The translations under genes were made by a program, and so were the position numbers. A DNA stretch of 64,000 nt from an uncultured Acidimicrobiia bacterium (GTDB lineage Bacteria > Acidobacteriota > Terriglobia > Versatilivoradales > Versatilivoraceae): NCBI GenBank assembly GCA_963786955.1, contig CAWBAT010000004.1, forward strand, positions 448,001 through 512,000. The letters are read 5' to 3'. Of this stretch, positions 11,462 to 24,874 are shown one piece after another (position 1 is the first letter of the stretch; the number at the start of each line of letters is the position of its first letter). The notes beneath the pieces are model-generated. The model searched no databases. It was not told the DNA's origin and worked only from the letters and a program-made list of their open reading frames with translations.

Positions 11462-11833
11462 TTGCCCACGTTCAATCAGTTGGTCAGAAGGGGTCGGGAA
11501 AAACCGAGATACAAAACGAGCAGTCCTGCGCTGCAGAGTTGCCCTCAAAAACGCGGGGTATGTGTTCGTGTCTATACCTCGACGCCAAAGAAACCCAACT
11601 CGGCTCTTCGAAAAGTGGCTCGAGTCCGTCTAACCAACGGGATCGAAGTCACGACCTATATCCCGGGGATTGGTCATAATCTGCAGGAGCACTCCATCGT
11701 CCTCATCCGTGGTGGGCGCGTGAAGGACCTTCCTGGCGTACGCTACCACGTGGTGCGAGGGACTTTGGATTCGGTAGGTGTCCAGAACCGAAAGAAAAGC
11801 CGGTCTAAGTACGGGACCAAGCGACCCAAATAG
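11462..11833 (+). CDS. rpsL: 30S ribosomal protein S12
   Basis: [30 protein letters not shown]. Confidence 0.99.
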   Translation: MPTFNQLVRRGREKPRYKTSSPALQSCPQKRGVCVRVYTSTPKKPNSALRKVARVRLTNGIEVTTYIPGIGHNLQEHSIVLIRGGRVKDLPGVRYHVVRGTLDSVGVQNRKKSRSKYGTKRPK

Positions 11834-11909
11834 TTTTTCTCCCCACTGACACGAGTTCGAACTGATTGAAGACACTCCAAAGAGAGGCGTTTTCGAAAGG
11901 GTTGGTATT

Positions 11910-12380
11910 ATGCCGCGAAAAGGGAATGTACCCAAACGCGAGGTTCTTCCAGATCCACTCTACAACAGCACCCTGGTGTCTAAGTTCGTCAACTGCATCA
12001 TGTGGGATGGCAAGAAGAGCACGGCGGAAAACATCTTTTACAAGTCGCTGGATATCATTCAGAAAAAAACCAGCGACGATCCCGTGAAGATCTTCAAGAA
12101 AGCAGTTGAAAATGTGAAGCCGGTCTTGGAAGTCAAGACCCGTCGTGTTGGCGGGGCCAACTATCAGGTCCCGGTCGAGGTTAATCCGAACCGCAGGATT
12201 TCCCTGTCGATTCGCTGGCTGGTCACTTTCTCGCGGGCTCGGAAGGAAAAATCCATGGAAGAGAAATTGGCCATGGAATTGATTGACGCCTCCAACAACC
12301 GCGGCTCAGCAGTCAAGAAGCGGGAAGATGTCCACAAAATGGCAGAAGCCAACAAAGCGTTTGCTCATTATCGCTGGTAG
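11910..12380 (+). CDS. rpsG: 30S ribosomal protein S7
   Basis: [27 protein letters not shown]. Confidence 0.99.
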   Translation: MPRKGNVPKREVLPDPLYNSTLVSKFVNCIMWDGKKSTAENIFYKSLDIIQKKTSDDPVKIFKKAVENVKPVLEVKTRRVGGANYQVPVEVNPNRRISLSIRWLVTFSRARKEKSMEEKLAMELIDASNNRGSAVKKREDVHKMAEANKAFAHYRW

Positions 12381-12417
12381 TTCCAGGTTATTCGTTAGAT
12401 TTTTTTGATTCAAAAAA

Positions 12418-14502
12418 ATGCCACGGCTTGCTCCACTGAAGTACACCAGAAATATCGGAATCATGGCTCACATCGATGCCGGAAAGACAACGGCGACGGA
12501 GCGGATTCTCTACTACACCGGTATCACCCATAAGATCGGGGAAGTGCATGAGGGTACCGCGATCATGGACTGGATGGAGCAAGAACAAGAGCGTGGCATC
12601 ACCATCACGTCGGCAGCCACGACCTGTTTCTGGAAGGATTACCGGATTAACATCATCGACACCCCAGGCCACGTGGATTTCACCGCCGAAGTGGAGCGCA
12701 GCCTCCGAGTCCTGGATGGAGCCATCTGCCTGTTGGGTTCAGTCGAAGGTGTGGAACCGCAGACCGAGACGGTTTGGCGGCAAGGGGACAAGTATCGGGT
12801 TCCTCGGATCATTTTCATTAACAAAATGGATCGGGTGGGAGCAGACTTCTTCCGTTGTCTGGACATGGTCAAGAGTCGGTTAAGAACGAATGCCGTACCC
12901 GTGCAGCTTCCCTTGGGTAAAGAAGACACCTTTTCCGGAGTCATTGACCTGATGTCGATGAAGACCATCGTCTACAAGGACGACACGATGGGAGCCATGT
13001 ACCAGGTCGAGGATATTCCGGCTGATTCCCTCGACGAGGCTCAGTTTTATCGAGAAAAGATGGTCGAATCGATCTGCGAGCATGATGAGAAACTGCTCGA
13101 GAAATTCCTTGGCGGTGAAGAGACCCAGGTGGACGAGTTGAAAGCCGCTCTCAGGCACGCCACCTTAAATTCGATTCTGACGCCGGTTTTCTGTGGAGCC
13201 GCCTTCAAGAATAAAGGCATCCAGCCCCTGATGGATGGCGTGATCGATTATCTCCCTTCCCCGCTGGACCTCCCTCCGGTCGTTGCCACCACCCCAGACG
13301 GATCCCGGGAAGTGGTCCGTACGGCCGATGACAGCGAACCCTTCTCAGCTTTGGTTTTCAAGATCATGACCGATCCTTTTGTGGGTCAACTCGCCTTCGT
13401 CAGAGTGTACTCAGGAATGCTGAAGTCTGGATCCTATGTGTACAACTCTGCAAAAGGAACGCGGGAGCGCGTCGGACGCCTGCTGCAGATGCATGCCAAC
13501 AAGCGAGAAGAAATCAAAGAAGTCTATGCAGGTGACATTGCGGCGGCGGTTGGTTTGAAGAATGTGACCACCGGCGACACCATCTGTAATGAAGAGGATC
13601 CAGTCCTCTTGGAGACCATCGATTTTCCGGTACCTGTGATTTCGGTTGCGGTTGAGCCAAAAACCAAGGGAGATCAGGAAAAGTTGGGGTTGGCTCTCAG
13701 CAAACTGGCCCAGGAGGATCCCACCTTCAAGGTAGAAACCGATCAGGAAACTGGGCAAACAATCATCTCCGGCATGGGAGAACTTCATCTGGAGATTCTG
13801 GTCGACCGTATGTTTCGCGAGTTTGGAGTCAGCGCTAATGTAGGGAAACCTCAGGTTGCCTATCGCGAAACGATTCTCAAAAAGGCCGATGCAGAAGGTA
13901 AATTTATTCGCCAGACGGGTGGCCGCGGTCAATACGGGCATGTCAAACTCACGGTGGAACCCAGTGAACCCGGCAAAGGTGTGGAATTTGCAAACAAGAC
14001 CGTGGGTGGGTCGGTGCCCAAGGAGTATGTGAATGCCGTTGAGAAGGGGGTTCGTGAGGCGTTGGAGACAGGAGTCCTGGCCGGTTATGAGGTCCAGGAT
14101 GTCATGATTACGCTGTATGACGGCTCTTACCACGAAGTCGATTCCTCTGAAATGGCTTTTAAAATTGCAGGCTCCATGGCGGTGAAAGAAGCCTGCCAAA
14201 GAGCAAAGCCCGTATTGCTTGAACCGATCATGAAAGTCGAAGCGGTGGTACCGGAAGAATTTATGGGTCCGGTGGTCGGAGATCTGAATTCCCGTAGAGG
14301 TCGGATCGAGACGACGGAATCTCGTGCAGGATCGCAGGTTGTCACGGCCTTCGTTCCACTTTCCGAAATGTTCGGTTATTCCACTGACCTTCGCTCCAAG
14401 ACCCAAGGAAGAGCCACTTACTCCATGCACTTCTATCATTACGAACAGGCTCCGAAGATGGTCAGTGACGAAATCGTGGCGCGAGTCCAGGGAAGGGTGT
14501 AA
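12418..14502 (+). CDS. fusA: Elongation factor G
   Basis: [34 protein letters not shown]. Confidence 0.99.
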   Translation: MPRLAPLKYTRNIGIMAHIDAGKTTATERILYYTGITHKIGEVHEGTAIMDWMEQEQERGITITSAATTCFWKDYRINIIDTPGHVDFTAEVERSLRVLDGAICLLGSVEGVEPQTETVWRQGDKYRVPRIIFINKMDRVGADFFRCLDMVKSRLRTNAVPVQLPLGKEDTFSGVIDLMSMKTIVYKDDTMGAMYQVEDIPADSLDEAQFYREKMVESICEHDEKLLEKFLGGEETQVDELKAALRHATLNSILTPVFCGAAFKNKGIQPLMDGVIDYLPSPLDLPPVVATTPDGSREVVRTADDSEPFSALVFKIMTDPFVGQLAFVRVYSGMLKSGSYVYNSAKGTRERVGRLLQMHANKREEIKEVYAGDIAAAVGLKNVTTGDTICNEEDPVLLETIDFPVPVISVAVEPKTKGDQEKLGLALSKLAQEDPTFKVETDQETGQTIISGMGELHLEILVDRMFREFGVSANVGKPQVAYRETILKKADAEGKFIRQTGGRGQYGHVKLTVEPSEPGKGVEFANKTVGGSVPKEYVNAVEKGVREALETGVLAGYEVQDVMITLYDGSYHEVDSSEMAFKIAGSMAVKEACQRAKPVLLEPIMKVEAVVPEEFMGPVVGDLNSRRGRIETTESRAGSQVVTAFVPLSEMFGYSTDLRSKTQGRATYSMHFYHYEQAPKMVSDEIVARVQGRV

Positions 14503-14559
14503 CCCCCTCCCTGAATCTGGAAATCGCCCTTATTTGACAGAGAAAGGAAAGACACAGCG

Positions 14560-15747
<1,188 letters not shown>

Positions 15748-15880
15748 GACGCGCTGCCCGCTTCTCCCAGACGATTCCGTTTGCTCCTCTTAATCGGTTG
15801 AAGGCGCAGCTTGAGAATCCACTGATTTGGCGTGTCCCGTCGAACGCCAATATGCAAGACCAAGTAGGATTATTAAAACT

Positions 15881-16207
15881 ATGCTGAATGAAAAGATAAG
15901 AATTCGATTGAAAGCTTACGACTATCGAGTGCTGGATCAATCTGCGTCGGAAATTGTCGATACAGCCAGAAGAACGGGGGCCCGTGTGGCAGGACCTATC
16001 CCTTTGCCTACCGTCAAGAACAAATACTGTGTCCTTCGTTCCCCGCATGTGGATAAGAAATCTCGAGAGCAGTTTGAAATTCGCACCCACAAAAGACTCT
16101 TGGATATCCTCGAACCGACACCGCAAACCATCGATGCCTTAATGAAGCTGGACTTGCCAGCAGGCGTCGATGTTGAGATCAAGGCCTACGGCAAGGAGCA
16201 CAAGTAA
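15881..16207 (+). CDS. rpsJ: 30S ribosomal protein S10
   Basis: [29 protein letters not shown]; ATG at 15881 chosen. Confidence 0.98.
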   Translation: MLNEKIRIRLKAYDYRVLDQSASEIVDTARRTGARVAGPIPLPTVKNKYCVLRSPHVDKKSREQFEIRTHKRLLDILEPTPQTIDALMKLDLPAGVDVEIKAYGKEHK

Positions 16208-16222
16208 ATCGGAGCAGCTTTT

Positions 16223-16852
16223 ATGATTAATGGCATTCTGGGCAAGAAAATAGGGATGACGCAGTTATTTGACCCAAATGGTACTGTCACGCCCGCGACC
16301 GTCATTAAAGCAGGCCCTTGCGTGGTCGTTCAGAAAAAAACCGCGGCCAAAGACGGGTATGATGCCATTCAGTTGGGACTCGTCGAATTCATTAAAGAAA
16401 ACCGTGTCAGCCAGGCGATGAAAGGACACTTCAAGAAAGCCAATGTTCCGCCGGTTAAGTTTATCAAAGAATTTCGCTTGAAAGAATCGAGCGAGTCCAC
16501 AGCAGTCGGATCAAAGGTTTTGGTGAATCTCTTCTCTCCTAGCGATATGGTGGATGTCATCGGCATTAGCAAAGGGAAGGGATTTGCAGGAGTGATCAAG
16601 CGGCACCATTTTGGCGGCGGTGCTGCGAGTCACGGTTCCATGTTCCATCGGGCTCCTGGGTCGATTGGTTCTTCAGCGTTCCCATCGAGAGTATTTAAAG
16701 GGATGAGGGCGGCCGGCCGCATGGGGCAGGACCGGGTCACGATGCGGAATTTAGAGGTCATAGAAGTTGATGCAGAAAACAATATTCTGGTGGTCAGGGG
16801 CGCAGTTCCCGGAGCGAACGGCGGATACTTACTGATCCAGAAGAAAAGTTGA
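16223..16852 (+). CDS. rplC: 50S ribosomal protein L3
   Basis: [29 protein letters not shown]. Confidence 0.98.
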   Translation: MINGILGKKIGMTQLFDPNGTVTPATVIKAGPCVVVQKKTAAKDGYDAIQLGLVEFIKENRVSQAMKGHFKKANVPPVKFIKEFRLKESSESTAVGSKVLVNLFSPSDMVDVIGISKGKGFAGVIKRHHFGGGAASHGSMFHRAPGSIGSSAFPSRVFKGMRAAGRMGQDRVTMRNLEVIEVDAENNILVVRGAVPGANGGYLLIQKKS

Positions 16853-16987
16853 CCCTCACCCGCGGTGGGGTGGGATCACGGCTGGACTCTTGAATCCGTT
16901 CGTCGTCGGTTTCCCCCTGGAATAAAAAGATCGATCCGTGAAGGCAAGTCAGGCGAAAACGCCATTTCTAAGAATTGGAAATTGAAG

Positions 16988-17614
16988 ATGCCACAATTAC
17001 AGATAAAAGATCTCAAGAATCAAGTGATCGGCGAGATCGAGCTCTATGACAGTGTCTTTGGATCAAAAGTCAATAAGAGCCTGCTCTTCGCGGCGGTAAA
17101 ACATTATCTGGACAGTCTAAGACAAGGCACCCATGCCACCAAGAATCGGGGCGCTGTCCGGGGCGGCGGCAAGAAGCCCTGGAGACAGAAAGGAACAGGT
17201 CGGGCAAGGGTGGGCAGCAGCCGTAATCCCATTTGGCGTCACGGCGGCGTCGCGCACGGTCCAACACCTCGCTCTTATGCTTTCCACCTCCCCAAGAAGA
17301 TGATTCAAGGTGCCCTGCGCTCTGCCCTGACTGAAAAATACAATGGGAATGCCATTGTAGTAGTTGACCAGTTCGCTCTTCCCACACACAAAACTAAGGA
17401 TTTCAGAAAAGTGCTCAACACCATCGACCTCAGCAAAAAGTTGCTGATCGTGGAATCCGGTAAGAATGAAAACCTCGAGCGCGCCGCTGAAAATCTGGCG
17501 GATGTCAAGCTGGTGCAGAATAAAGACGTCAATGTTTATGACTTGCTAAAGTACGAGCAGGTCGTCTTCTCGAAGACTGCCATCCAAAGATTGCAGGAGA
17601 CTTTAAATATATGA
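16988..17614 (+). CDS. rplD: 50S ribosomal protein L4
   Basis: RQGTHATK, KPWRQKGTGRAR; ATG at 16988 chosen. Confidence 0.97.
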   Translation: MPQLQIKDLKNQVIGEIELYDSVFGSKVNKSLLFAAVKHYLDSLRQGTHATKNRGAVRGGGKKPWRQKGTGRARVGSSRNPIWRHGGVAHGPTPRSYAFHLPKKMIQGALRSALTEKYNGNAIVVVDQFALPTHKTKDFRKVLNTIDLSKKLLIVESGKNENLERAAENLADVKLVQNKDVNVYDLLKYEQVVFSKTAIQRLQETLNI

Positions 17615-17904
17615 AGAACGTCTTCGCAGTGGTTAAGCGGCCGATTATTACGGAAAAGGGATTGGACCAGAAAGAAGAAAAGGGCACTCTCTGTTTTCAA
17701 GTCGATGTTCACGCCAATAAGGCAGAAGTCAAAGATGCCATTGAGACAATTTTCAAGGTCAAAGTTGCCTCGGTGAGGACCCTGAGCTTCCAGGGGAAGC
17801 AGCGCCGCCGGGGTCGATTTGTTGGTTACAAATCCGACTGGAAGAAAGCTTACGTCCGGCTTAAGCCGGGTGAGAAGATGATTGACTACGCGGAGAATAT
17901 CTAA
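17611..17904 (+). CDS. rplW: 50S ribosomal protein L23
   Basis: [21 protein letters not shown]. Confidence 0.97.
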   Translation: MKNVFAVVKRPIITEKGLDQKEEKGTLCFQVDVHANKAEVKDAIETIFKVKVASVRTLSFQGKQRRRGRFVGYKSDWKKAYVRLKPGEKMIDYAENI

Positions 17905-17905
17905 T

Positions 17906-18727
17906 ATGGGTCTCAAGTCATTCAGGCCGATTACCCCCTCCTTGCGGTTTCAGACCGTCACGACTTTCGATGATATTACGAAAACCCAACCGGAAAAAAG
18001 TCTCACTCAGCCCAAGTTGAGAACCGGGGGACGAAACAATATCGGGCGATTGACGGTACGGCATCGCGGGGGAGGTCACAAGAAGCTTTATCGCCTCATC
18101 GATTTCAAGCGCGAAAAAGTAGGAGTCCCCGCCAAGGTAGCAGCCATCGAGTATGATCCGAATCGGTCCGCTCGAATTGCGTTGCTGAACTATGCCGACG
18201 GTGAAAAGCGCTATATTCTTCAGCCGGTCGGACTGCAGGTTGGAGCAACGGTTGTTTCTGGAGTGGATGCAGATATCCTCGTGGGCAATGCTCTTCCCTT
18301 GAAAAATATTCCTTTGGGCACCACGATTCACAATCTCGAAATGCGCAAAGGCAAAGGCGCACAGCTGGTTCGCTCAGCTGGAAGCGGAGCCCAATTGGTG
18401 GCCAAAGAAGGCGAATATGCTCAGGTGAAACTTCCTTCTGGCGAAGTTCGCAAGATTCACATTGAATGCATGGCGACGATTGGCCAAGTGGGCAATCTGG
18501 ATCATTCTAACGTGACCCTTGGAAAAGCCGGCCGGAAGCGCTGGCTGGGAATCAGACCGACCGTTCGCGGGGTCGCCATGAATCCAGTGGATCATCCGCA
18601 TGGTGGGGGTGAAGGCAAAACCTCGGGAGGCCGTCATCCCGTGACCCCTTGGGGACAGCCCACGCGCGGGTTCAAGACTCGCAATAACAAGCGGACGAAC
18701 AAAATGATCATCAGACGGATTAACTAG
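17906..18727 (+). CDS. rplB: 50S ribosomal protein L2
   Basis: [30 protein letters not shown]. Confidence 0.98.
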   Translation: MGLKSFRPITPSLRFQTVTTFDDITKTQPEKSLTQPKLRTGGRNNIGRLTVRHRGGGHKKLYRLIDFKREKVGVPAKVAAIEYDPNRSARIALLNYADGEKRYILQPVGLQVGATVVSGVDADILVGNALPLKNIPLGTTIHNLEMRKGKGAQLVRSAGSGAQLVAKEGEYAQVKLPSGEVRKIHIECMATIGQVGNLDHSNVTLGKAGRKRWLGIRPTVRGVAMNPVDHPHGGGEGKTSGGRHPVTPWGQPTRGFKTRNNKRTNKMIIRRIN

Positions 18728-18752
18728 TTGAGGCGGAGGAGAGGAGACATCG

Positions 18753-19067
18753 ATGGCGCGCTCGGTTAAAAAAGGGGCTTTTGTAGATGATTTTCTGGCC
18801 AAAACCATCGAAGCGATGAATAAGAAGTTTGAGAAGAAGGTGCTCAAGACCTGGTCCCGGCGATCGACTGTGATCCCGGAGATGGTGGGTCATACGCTCG
18901 CTGTTCATAACGGCAAGAAGTTTATTCCGGTCTACATCACCGAGAATATGGTTGGGCACAAACTCGGAGAATTTTCTCCGACACGGATTTTCAAAGGGCA
19001 CAGCTCCAAGGCAGCCTCCGAGAGAACCGCTTCTCCGGCGCCCGCGTCAGCACCGAAGCCGAGTTAA
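18753..19067 (+). CDS. rpsS: 30S ribosomal protein S19
   Basis: [30 protein letters not shown]. Confidence 0.98.
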   Translation: MARSVKKGAFVDDFLAKTIEAMNKKFEKKVLKTWSRRSTVIPEMVGHTLAVHNGKKFIPVYITENMVGHKLGEFSPTRIFKGHSSKAASERTASPAPASAPKPS

Positions 19068-19092
19068 ATTATTACCGTCAAGGGGTTTTTCT

Positions 19093-19428
19093 ATGGAAGC
19101 TCATGCAACCGCAAAGTACATTCGGGGATCTGCCCAGAAAGCACGCCTGGTTATCGATCTGATCCGTGGGAAGAATGTTTCTGAAGCATTGACCATCCTT
19201 CGCTACACCAAGAAGCGGATCTGTAGGGAAGTCGAGAAGGTACTCAAATCAGCCGTTGCGAATGCGGAGCAGAAGATTGACGGACTCGATGTCGACAGTC
19301 TGGTGGTCAGCCAGGCTTACGTCAACGAAGGTCCACGCATGAAACGAGTACGCCCCGCTCCGATGGGCCGCGCTTTTCGGATTCAGCGCCGGATGAGTCA
19401 CATTTCAATCCACGTTTCTGATCATTAG
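19093..19428 (+). CDS. rplV: 50S ribosomal protein L22
   Basis: [31 protein letters not shown]. Confidence 0.97.
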   Translation: MEAHATAKYIRGSAQKARLVIDLIRGKNVSEALTILRYTKKRICREVEKVLKSAVANAEQKIDGLDVDSLVVSQAYVNEGPRMKRVRPAPMGRAFRIQRRMSHISIHVSDH

Positions 19429-19438
19429 GGAGGACATT

Positions 19439-20101
19439 TTGGGACAGAAAGTTCACCCGTACGGTTTTCGATTAGGATTCAATAAAACTTGGAAGTCGCG
19501 TTGGTACGCCAAGAAGGATTACAGCACTCTTCTGCATGAAGACCTCCGGCTGAAAGCCGAATTAAAAAAACAGCTCGGCCATGCGGGAGTTTCTTTGATC
19601 GAGATTGAGCGCCCCGGAAATAAGATCCGCATTACGATTCACACCTCTCGCCCTGGAATCATTATTGGACGTAAAGGATCCGAGATCGACAAACTGAAGG
19701 CCGACTTGCAGAAGCGTACCAATCGTGAAGTCTTCATCAATATCAATGAAATTCACCGGCCTGAGCTGGACGCCCAACTGGTGGCAGAATCCATTGCCCT
19801 TCAGTTGGAGAAACGGATCGCGTTTCGCCGCGCGATGAGAAAGGCAGTCGATACATCTCTCAAATTCAACGCCAAAGGAATTAAAGTGTATTGTGCGGGC
19901 CGGTTGAATGGAGCTGAAATCGCCCGGACGGAATGGTATTTGCAAGGCCGGCTTCCCTTGCACACTTTACGGGCCGACATCGATTATGGAGTTGCCGAAG
20001 CCCACACGACCTATGGCGTCATTGGCGTGAAAGTCTGGATCTATAAGGGGGAAGTCTTCCCATCCGTAGTCAAGAAGGTACCCTTGGGGAGCCGATTATA
20101 A
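19439..20101 (+). CDS. rpsC: 30S ribosomal protein S3
   Basis: [33 protein letters not shown]. Confidence 0.98.
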   Translation: MGQKVHPYGFRLGFNKTWKSRWYAKKDYSTLLHEDLRLKAELKKQLGHAGVSLIEIERPGNKIRITIHTSRPGIIIGRKGSEIDKLKADLQKRTNREVFININEIHRPELDAQLVAESIALQLEKRIAFRRAMRKAVDTSLKFNAKGIKVYCAGRLNGAEIARTEWYLQGRLPLHTLRADIDYGVAEAHTTYGVIGVKVWIYKGEVFPSVVKKVPLGSRL

Positions 20102-20131
20102 CCCTGATCCTGGGTTAGGGAGATTGATTGC

Positions 20132-20548
20132 ATGTTGATGCCGAAAAAAGTCAAATACCGCAAGCAGCAGCGCGGTCGGATGAAGGGCAAGGCATGGCGG
20201 GGTTCAGACATTTCCTTTGGAGAATTTGGACTGAAAGCCATGGAGCCAGGATGGATCTCAGATCGCCAGATCGAAGCAGCTCGCGTTGCCATGACTCGCT
20301 TCATCAAGCGCGGAGGGAAAATTTGGGTTCGATTGTTTCCGGATAAGCCAGTCACCAAAAAACCTGCGGAAACACGCATGGGAAAGGGTAAAGGCGCTCC
20401 GGAATTCTGGGTGGCAGTTGTTCGTCCGGGCAAGATTCTTTTTGAGATGGAAGGCGTCAAGGAGGAAGTCGCTCGGGAAGCCATGCGCTTGGCAGCCAAT
20501 AAGATTTCAATTCATACGAAGTTTATAACCCGCATAACACAGGAATAG
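20132..20548 (+). CDS. rplP: 50S ribosomal protein L16
   Basis: [21 protein letters not shown]. Confidence 0.98.
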   Translation: MLMPKKVKYRKQQRGRMKGKAWRGSDISFGEFGLKAMEPGWISDRQIEAARVAMTRFIKRGGKIWVRLFPDKPVTKKPAETRMGKGKGAPEFWVAVVRPGKILFEMEGVKEEVAREAMRLAANKISIHTKFITRITQE

Positions 20549-20552
20549 TCTC

Positions 20553-20792
20553 ATGAAAGCAGAAAAGATCCGCGAACTGTCAGCTGAGGAATTGAAGTCT
20601 CGACTGCAAGAATCGCATGAAAATGTCTTCCGGTTGCGATTTCAGCTGGCGACCGGCCAGACTGAAGGACTGAGCAAACTTCGGGCTTTGCGGAAGGAAA
20701 TTGCCCGTATGAAGACCATTGGCCAAGAGCGTAAGCTGAAAAACGCTCCCACTGAGAAAAAAAAGCAGCTTAACATCGCGAAAGCAGAATAA
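20553..20792 (+). CDS. rpmC: 50S ribosomal protein L29
   Basis: [11 protein letters not shown]...RKEIARMKT; conserved position. Confidence 0.95.
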   Translation: MKAEKIRELSAEELKSRLQESHENVFRLRFQLATGQTEGLSKLRALRKEIARMKTIGQERKLKNAPTEKKKQLNIAKAE

Positions 20793-21094
20793 TGGATATG
20801 GAGAATCAAAAAACACAGGAAACATCAGCTCCTTCGAAGACCAAAAGGAAAGCCATTAAAGTCGGAGTAGTCACGAGCAACCGGATGAATAAGACGATTG
20901 TCGTCTCGGTCGAACGTCGAGTTCCGCACCCGCTGTATCGACGTATTGTCACCAAGACCTCAACGTTCATGGCTCACGACGAGAAGAATGCCTGTGCCAT
21001 CGGAGATACGGTGGCTATCGAGGAGACCAGACCCCTGAGCCGCCACAAGCGCTGGCGCTTGCAGTCGATCATTCGGAAGGCTAGCCAGGTTTAA
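20792..21094 (+). CDS. rpsQ: 30S ribosomal protein S17
   Basis: [29 protein letters not shown]. Confidence 0.97.
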   Translation: MDMENQKTQETSAPSKTKRKAIKVGVVTSNRMNKTIVVSVERRVPHPLYRRIVTKTSTFMAHDEKNACAIGDTVAIEETRPLSRHKRWRLQSIIRKASQV

Positions 21095-21136
21095 GGTCTC
21101 AGAGACGTACCTTTTAAGATTGAGGAGTAAGTCACA

Positions 21137-21505
21137 ATGATTCAAATGGGAACGGTCCTGGAAGTGGCAGACAACTCAGGGGCGCGAAAGATCTCCTGTA
21201 TATTGCCCCTAGGGGGATCGACCGGCAGCAAGGCCTCGTTAGGCGATATTATTACGGCTGCCGTCAAGGAAGTCACCCCTGATGGGAACATCAAAAAGGG
21301 CAACGTCGTGCGAGCCGTCATTGTCAGAACGAGGAAAGAACATCGACGCCGAGATGGCTCCTATATCCGCTTTGACCAGAACGCCGCCGTCCTGATTAAT
21401 GAAGCCAATGAGCCCGTGGGCACCCGGGTCTTCGGACCGGTCGCACGGGAATTGCGGGAAAAGCGGTTTGTTAAGATTATCTCACTTGCGCCGGAGGTCA
21501 TTTAA
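21137..21505 (+). CDS. rplN: 50S ribosomal protein L14
   Basis: [26 protein letters not shown]. Confidence 0.98.
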   Translation: MIQMGTVLEVADNSGARKISCILPLGGSTGSKASLGDIITAAVKEVTPDGNIKKGNVVRAVIVRTRKEHRRRDGSYIRFDQNAAVLINEANEPVGTRVFGPVARELREKRFVKIISLAPEVI

Positions 21506-21506
21506 C

Positions 21507-21842
21507 ATGGCGGAACCCGTTCCGATTCAGCTTCGAAAGAACGATCAGGTGAAGGTGATCGCGGGGAAGGACGTCAGCAAGGTAGGTCGGGTTCTGCGCG
21601 TCTTGCGCGGCAAGAACCGAGTTGTCGTGGAAGGAGTCAGTTTCCTCAAGCGCCATACCCGCGCCAACCCTTCCAAGAACATCAAGGGCGGAATCGTTGA
21701 GAAAGAGGGCGCTATTCACGTTTCAAACGTCATGATTGTCTGCGGCTCCTGCAATCATCCAACCCGAATCGGGCATAGCATCCTGGCCGATGGGAAAAAA
21801 ATTCGCGTCTGCCGGAAATGCGGCAGCTCATTAGATAAGTAA
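21507..21842 (+). CDS. rplX: 50S ribosomal protein L24
   Basis: KOW motif [19 protein letters not shown]. Confidence 0.96.
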   Translation: MAEPVPIQLRKNDQVKVIAGKDVSKVGRVLRVLRGKNRVVVEGVSFLKRHTRANPSKNIKGGIVEKEGAIHVSNVMIVCGSCNHPTRIGHSILADGKKIRVCRKCGSSLDK

Positions 21843-21882
21843 ATCTGCCGGAGTGCAGCCAGAGTTAAGAGAGGTCGGACCG

Positions 21883-22422
21883 ATGAGTCGTCTTAGGGAA
21901 CGTTATCAAAAAGAGATCGTACCAGCCTTGGCGAAGGAGTATAGCTACAAGAATGTGATGGCTATTCCCAAGCTGGAAAAGATCGTCATCAACATCGGGA
22001 TGGGGGAAGCCATTCAGAATTCGAAGTTACTCGATGCGGCGGTTGATGAACTTAGCCTGATCGCGGGGCAGCGCCCGGTGATTACGCGGGCCAAGAAATC
22101 AATTGCCTCTTTTAAATTGCGGAAAGGGATGGCCATCGGCTGCATGATCACTTTACGCGGCGAACGGATGTATGAATTTTTGGATCGGATGGTCAGTGTT
22201 GCCCTGCCCCGCGTCCGGGACTTTCGGGGTCTCCCCACGAAGTCTTTTGATGGAAGAGGCAATTATACGATTGGCCTTCGTGATCAGCTCATTTTTCCGG
22301 AGATCGATTACGCAAAGGTAAACAAGATTAAGGGGATGAACATCACTTTGGCCACCACGGCCAAAACGGATGATGAGGCAAGGACCCTGTTACGCCTTCT
22401 CGGAATTCCGTTTCGGAACTAA
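21883..22422 (+). CDS. rplE: 50S ribosomal protein L5
   Basis: [31 protein letters not shown]. Confidence 0.98.
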   Translation: MSRLRERYQKEIVPALAKEYSYKNVMAIPKLEKIVINIGMGEAIQNSKLLDAAVDELSLIAGQRPVITRAKKSIASFKLRKGMAIGCMITLRGERMYEFLDRMVSVALPRVRDFRGLPTKSFDGRGNYTIGLRDQLIFPEIDYAKVNKIKGMNITLATTAKTDDEARTLLRLLGIPFRN

Positions 22423-22446
22423 TCAGTCACTTTATCTGAGGTTTTT

Positions 22447-22632
22447 ATGGCGAGAACATCGCATATCGCAAAGTCCCGAAAGACACCAAAGTTCAAGGTG
22501 CGTCAACATAATCGCTGCAAACGTTGCGGCCGTCCTCGGGGTTTTCTACGTAAGTTTGAACTTTGCCGGCTCTGTTTCCGCCAGCTCGCCCTCCGAGGGG
22601 AATTGCCTGGAGTCATCAAGTCAAGCTGGTAA
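22447..22632 (+). CDS. rpsN: 30S ribosomal protein S14, zinc-binding (type Z) form
   Basis: 61 aa, RCKRCGRPR...LCRLCFR...PGVIKSSW. Confidence 0.97.
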   Translation: MARTSHIAKSRKTPKFKVRQHNRCKRCGRPRGFLRKFELCRLCFRQLALRGELPGVIKSSW

Positions 22633-22680
22633 GGTTATTTCGAGAATCGTACTGGACAGGTTGAAGGAGTAATTGAATAC

Positions 22681-23079
22681 ATGAGTCTGACTGATCCGAT
22701 TGCAAATTATTTGACCCTCATTCGCAACGCCATCCAGGCAAAGCATCAGAAGGTGGATATCCCGTCTTCAAAGCTACTGGTGGAAATCTCTAAGCTGCTC
22801 AAAGAAGAAGGGTACATCACCAACTTCAAAGTAAGCGACGAAGGGAAGAGGTCGGTTCTCCGAATTTACCTGAAGTATGGGAGCAAGGGAGAACGCGTGA
22901 TTTCCGGGCTTCAGCGTATTTCCCGGCCTGGTTGCCGCGTGTATACGCCCAAGAAGACGATTCCAACCGTGCTCGGGGGAATGGGTATGAGCGTTTTGAG
23001 TACGCCGAAGGGAATTCTTTCCGGTGCGCGTGCCCGCAAAGAAGGGCTGGGTGGAGAGGTTCTTTGCCACATCTGGTAG
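22681..23079 (+). CDS. rpsH: 30S ribosomal protein S8
   Basis: TDPIANYLTLIRNA, RISRPGCRVY, GGEVLC. Confidence 0.98.
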   Translation: MSLTDPIANYLTLIRNAIQAKHQKVDIPSSKLLVEISKLLKEEGYITNFKVSDEGKRSVLRIYLKYGSKGERVISGLQRISRPGCRVYTPKKTIPTVLGGMGMSVLSTPKGILSGARARKEGLGGEVLCHIW

Positions 23080-23178
23080 ATGGATTTAAACACTGGAATA
23101 ATGAACGTTCCCTAGGGTTGACGTGGTCTGCAAACCTTAGAGGACGTCTCAAATCTTAATGACTGTTGGTATCCGGTT

Positions 23179-23718
23179 ATGTCGAGAATAGGAAACAAAA
23201 TTATCCCAATCCCTCAGAATGTGAAGGTTCAGATCTCGGGGAATCAAGTGGATGTCCAGGGCCCCAAGGGTAAGTTATCAAATACTGTCCCGGACGGAAT
23301 CCTTTTTAAGTTGAATGATGGTCAATTGACCGCCATTCGAAGTGCGGAAACGAAACAGCAGAAAGCCCTGCATGGGCTGGCTCGTAGCTTGGTTGCGAAC
23401 GCCGTCAAGGGCGTGACCGATGGATTTCAAAAGGAGTTGGAAATTGTGGGGATTGGCTACCGAGCCGAGGTAAGAGGAAAATCCGTTGTCTTCAGTTTGG
23501 GTTTCTCTCACCCCATTGATTTTCAAATTCCCACAGGAATTAACATTGCGATAGAAAAACAGACGCGTCTGTTCATCTCGGGCATCGACAAGCAGAAAGT
23601 TGGACAGACGGCGGCAACCATCCGGGCCTTGCGAAAACCTGATCCCTACAAAAACAAAGGGATTCGCTACGCTGGAGAGGTTCTCAAGAAGAAGGTCGGA
23701 AAGACCGGAGCCAAATAA
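23179..23718 (+). CDS. rplF: 50S ribosomal protein L6
   Basis: MSRIG, GPKGKL, PDPYKNKGIRY. Confidence 0.98.
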   Translation: MSRIGNKIIPIPQNVKVQISGNQVDVQGPKGKLSNTVPDGILFKLNDGQLTAIRSAETKQQKALHGLARSLVANAVKGVTDGFQKELEIVGIGYRAEVRGKSVVFSLGFSHPIDFQIPTGINIAIEKQTRLFISGIDKQKVGQTAATIRALRKPDPYKNKGIRYAGEVLKKKVGKTGAK

Positions 23719-23758
23719 TTCATCATCGCGAGAAGACATTCGGAGGCAATAAGTCAGC

Positions 23759-24127
23759 ATGGCCAAGCATTTTTCAAAAAACATCAAGCGCCAGGCGGTT
23801 CATACCCGAATTCGCAAGCGAATTCATGGAACTGCTGAACGCCCGCGTCTCAATGTTTATCGTTCGCTGACCCACATTTATGTCCAGCTCATTGACGATG
23901 TGAAGGGTGTGACCCTGGCCTCAGCCTCTACCGTGGATAAAACGATCCGTGCCCAAAATAAGTCTGGAGGTAATATTGCCAGCGCCAAGGTTATTGGGAC
24001 AGAGATTGCCAAGCGGGCCAAGAGCCTGGGAATTGAAACCGTGGTTTATGATCGAGGCGGCTATCAGTATCACGGTCGTGTGAAGGCTCTGGCTGAAGCG
24101 GCCCGAGAAGCTGGCCTAAAATTCTAG
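23759..24127 (+). CDS. rplR: 50S ribosomal protein L18
   Basis: [29 protein letters not shown]. Confidence 0.98.
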   Translation: MAKHFSKNIKRQAVHTRIRKRIHGTAERPRLNVYRSLTHIYVQLIDDVKGVTLASASTVDKTIRAQNKSGGNIASAKVIGTEIAKRAKSLGIETVVYDRGGYQYHGRVKALAEAAREAGLKF

Positions 24128-24144
24128 GTAGAATACTTAAGTCT

Positions 24145-24657
24145 ATGCAAACAAAAATCGACACGAGCACCATTCAGTTGAAAGATCAAGTTGTCTCCAT
24201 TAACCGGGTTACTAAGGTTGTGAAAGGAGGCAAGAACCTCAGCTTTAGCGCCTTAGTTGTCGTCGGTGATGAGAATGGAATCGTCGGCTACGGAAGCGGG
24301 AAGGCAAAGGAAGTCCCTCAAGCGATTCGGAAGGCTCTCGAAGCGGCAAAGAGAAATTTAATCAAGGTTCCCATTTTAGGGACCTCGATTCCTCATCAGG
24401 TTGTCGGGAGGTTCAGTTCTGGGCGCGTGCTATTGAAGCCTGCTCCTGAAGGGACTGGCGTCATCGCGGGCGGTCCTGTTCGGGCGGTGATCCAGGCCGC
24501 GGGGATTCAAAATGTTCTGACCAAATCCTTGGGCAGTCCCAACCCGCATAATGTTGTGAAAGCGACCATTGATGGGCTCCAGCAATTGAGAGATGTCGCT
24601 GACGTGGCCCGTTTACGGGGAAAGACCATTGAAGAGGTTTTGCATAAAACGGTATGA
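24145..24657 (+). CDS. rpsE: 30S ribosomal protein S5
   Basis: [24 protein letters not shown]. Confidence 0.98.
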   Translation: MQTKIDTSTIQLKDQVVSINRVTKVVKGGKNLSFSALVVVGDENGIVGYGSGKAKEVPQAIRKALEAAKRNLIKVPILGTSIPHQVVGRFSSGRVLLKPAPEGTGVIAGGPVRAVIQAAGIQNVLTKSLGSPNPHNVVKATIDGLQQLRDVADVARLRGKTIEEVLHKTV

Positions 24658-24851
24658 GTCCAAAAGCAGCCAAAACTAAACAATTGAACATCAAGTTAGT
24701 AAAGAGCGGAATTAGCTGCCCTGGGAAACAGCGGGCGGTCATTCGTGGGCTGGGATTCCGACGATTGAACCAGGTCGTTACCCATCCCGACACGCCTGCA
24801 ATACGGGGCATGATCTTTAAGATCCTGCACCTGGTAGAGGTTGTGGAATAG
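24654..24851 (+). CDS. rpmD: 50S ribosomal protein L30
   Basis: [21 protein letters not shown]; conserved position. Confidence 0.95.
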   Translation: MSPKAAKTKQLNIKLVKSGISCPGKQRAVIRGLGFRRLNQVVTHPDTPAIRGMIFKILHLVEVVE

Positions 24852-24874
24852 TCATTGTACAGGAGTAAGGCTTC

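Noticed and set aside
13411-14439. 342-aa antisense ORF, and the many other shadow ORFs over ribosomal genes
   Set aside because: Fully overlap conserved genes and carry no motifs; expected from codon bias
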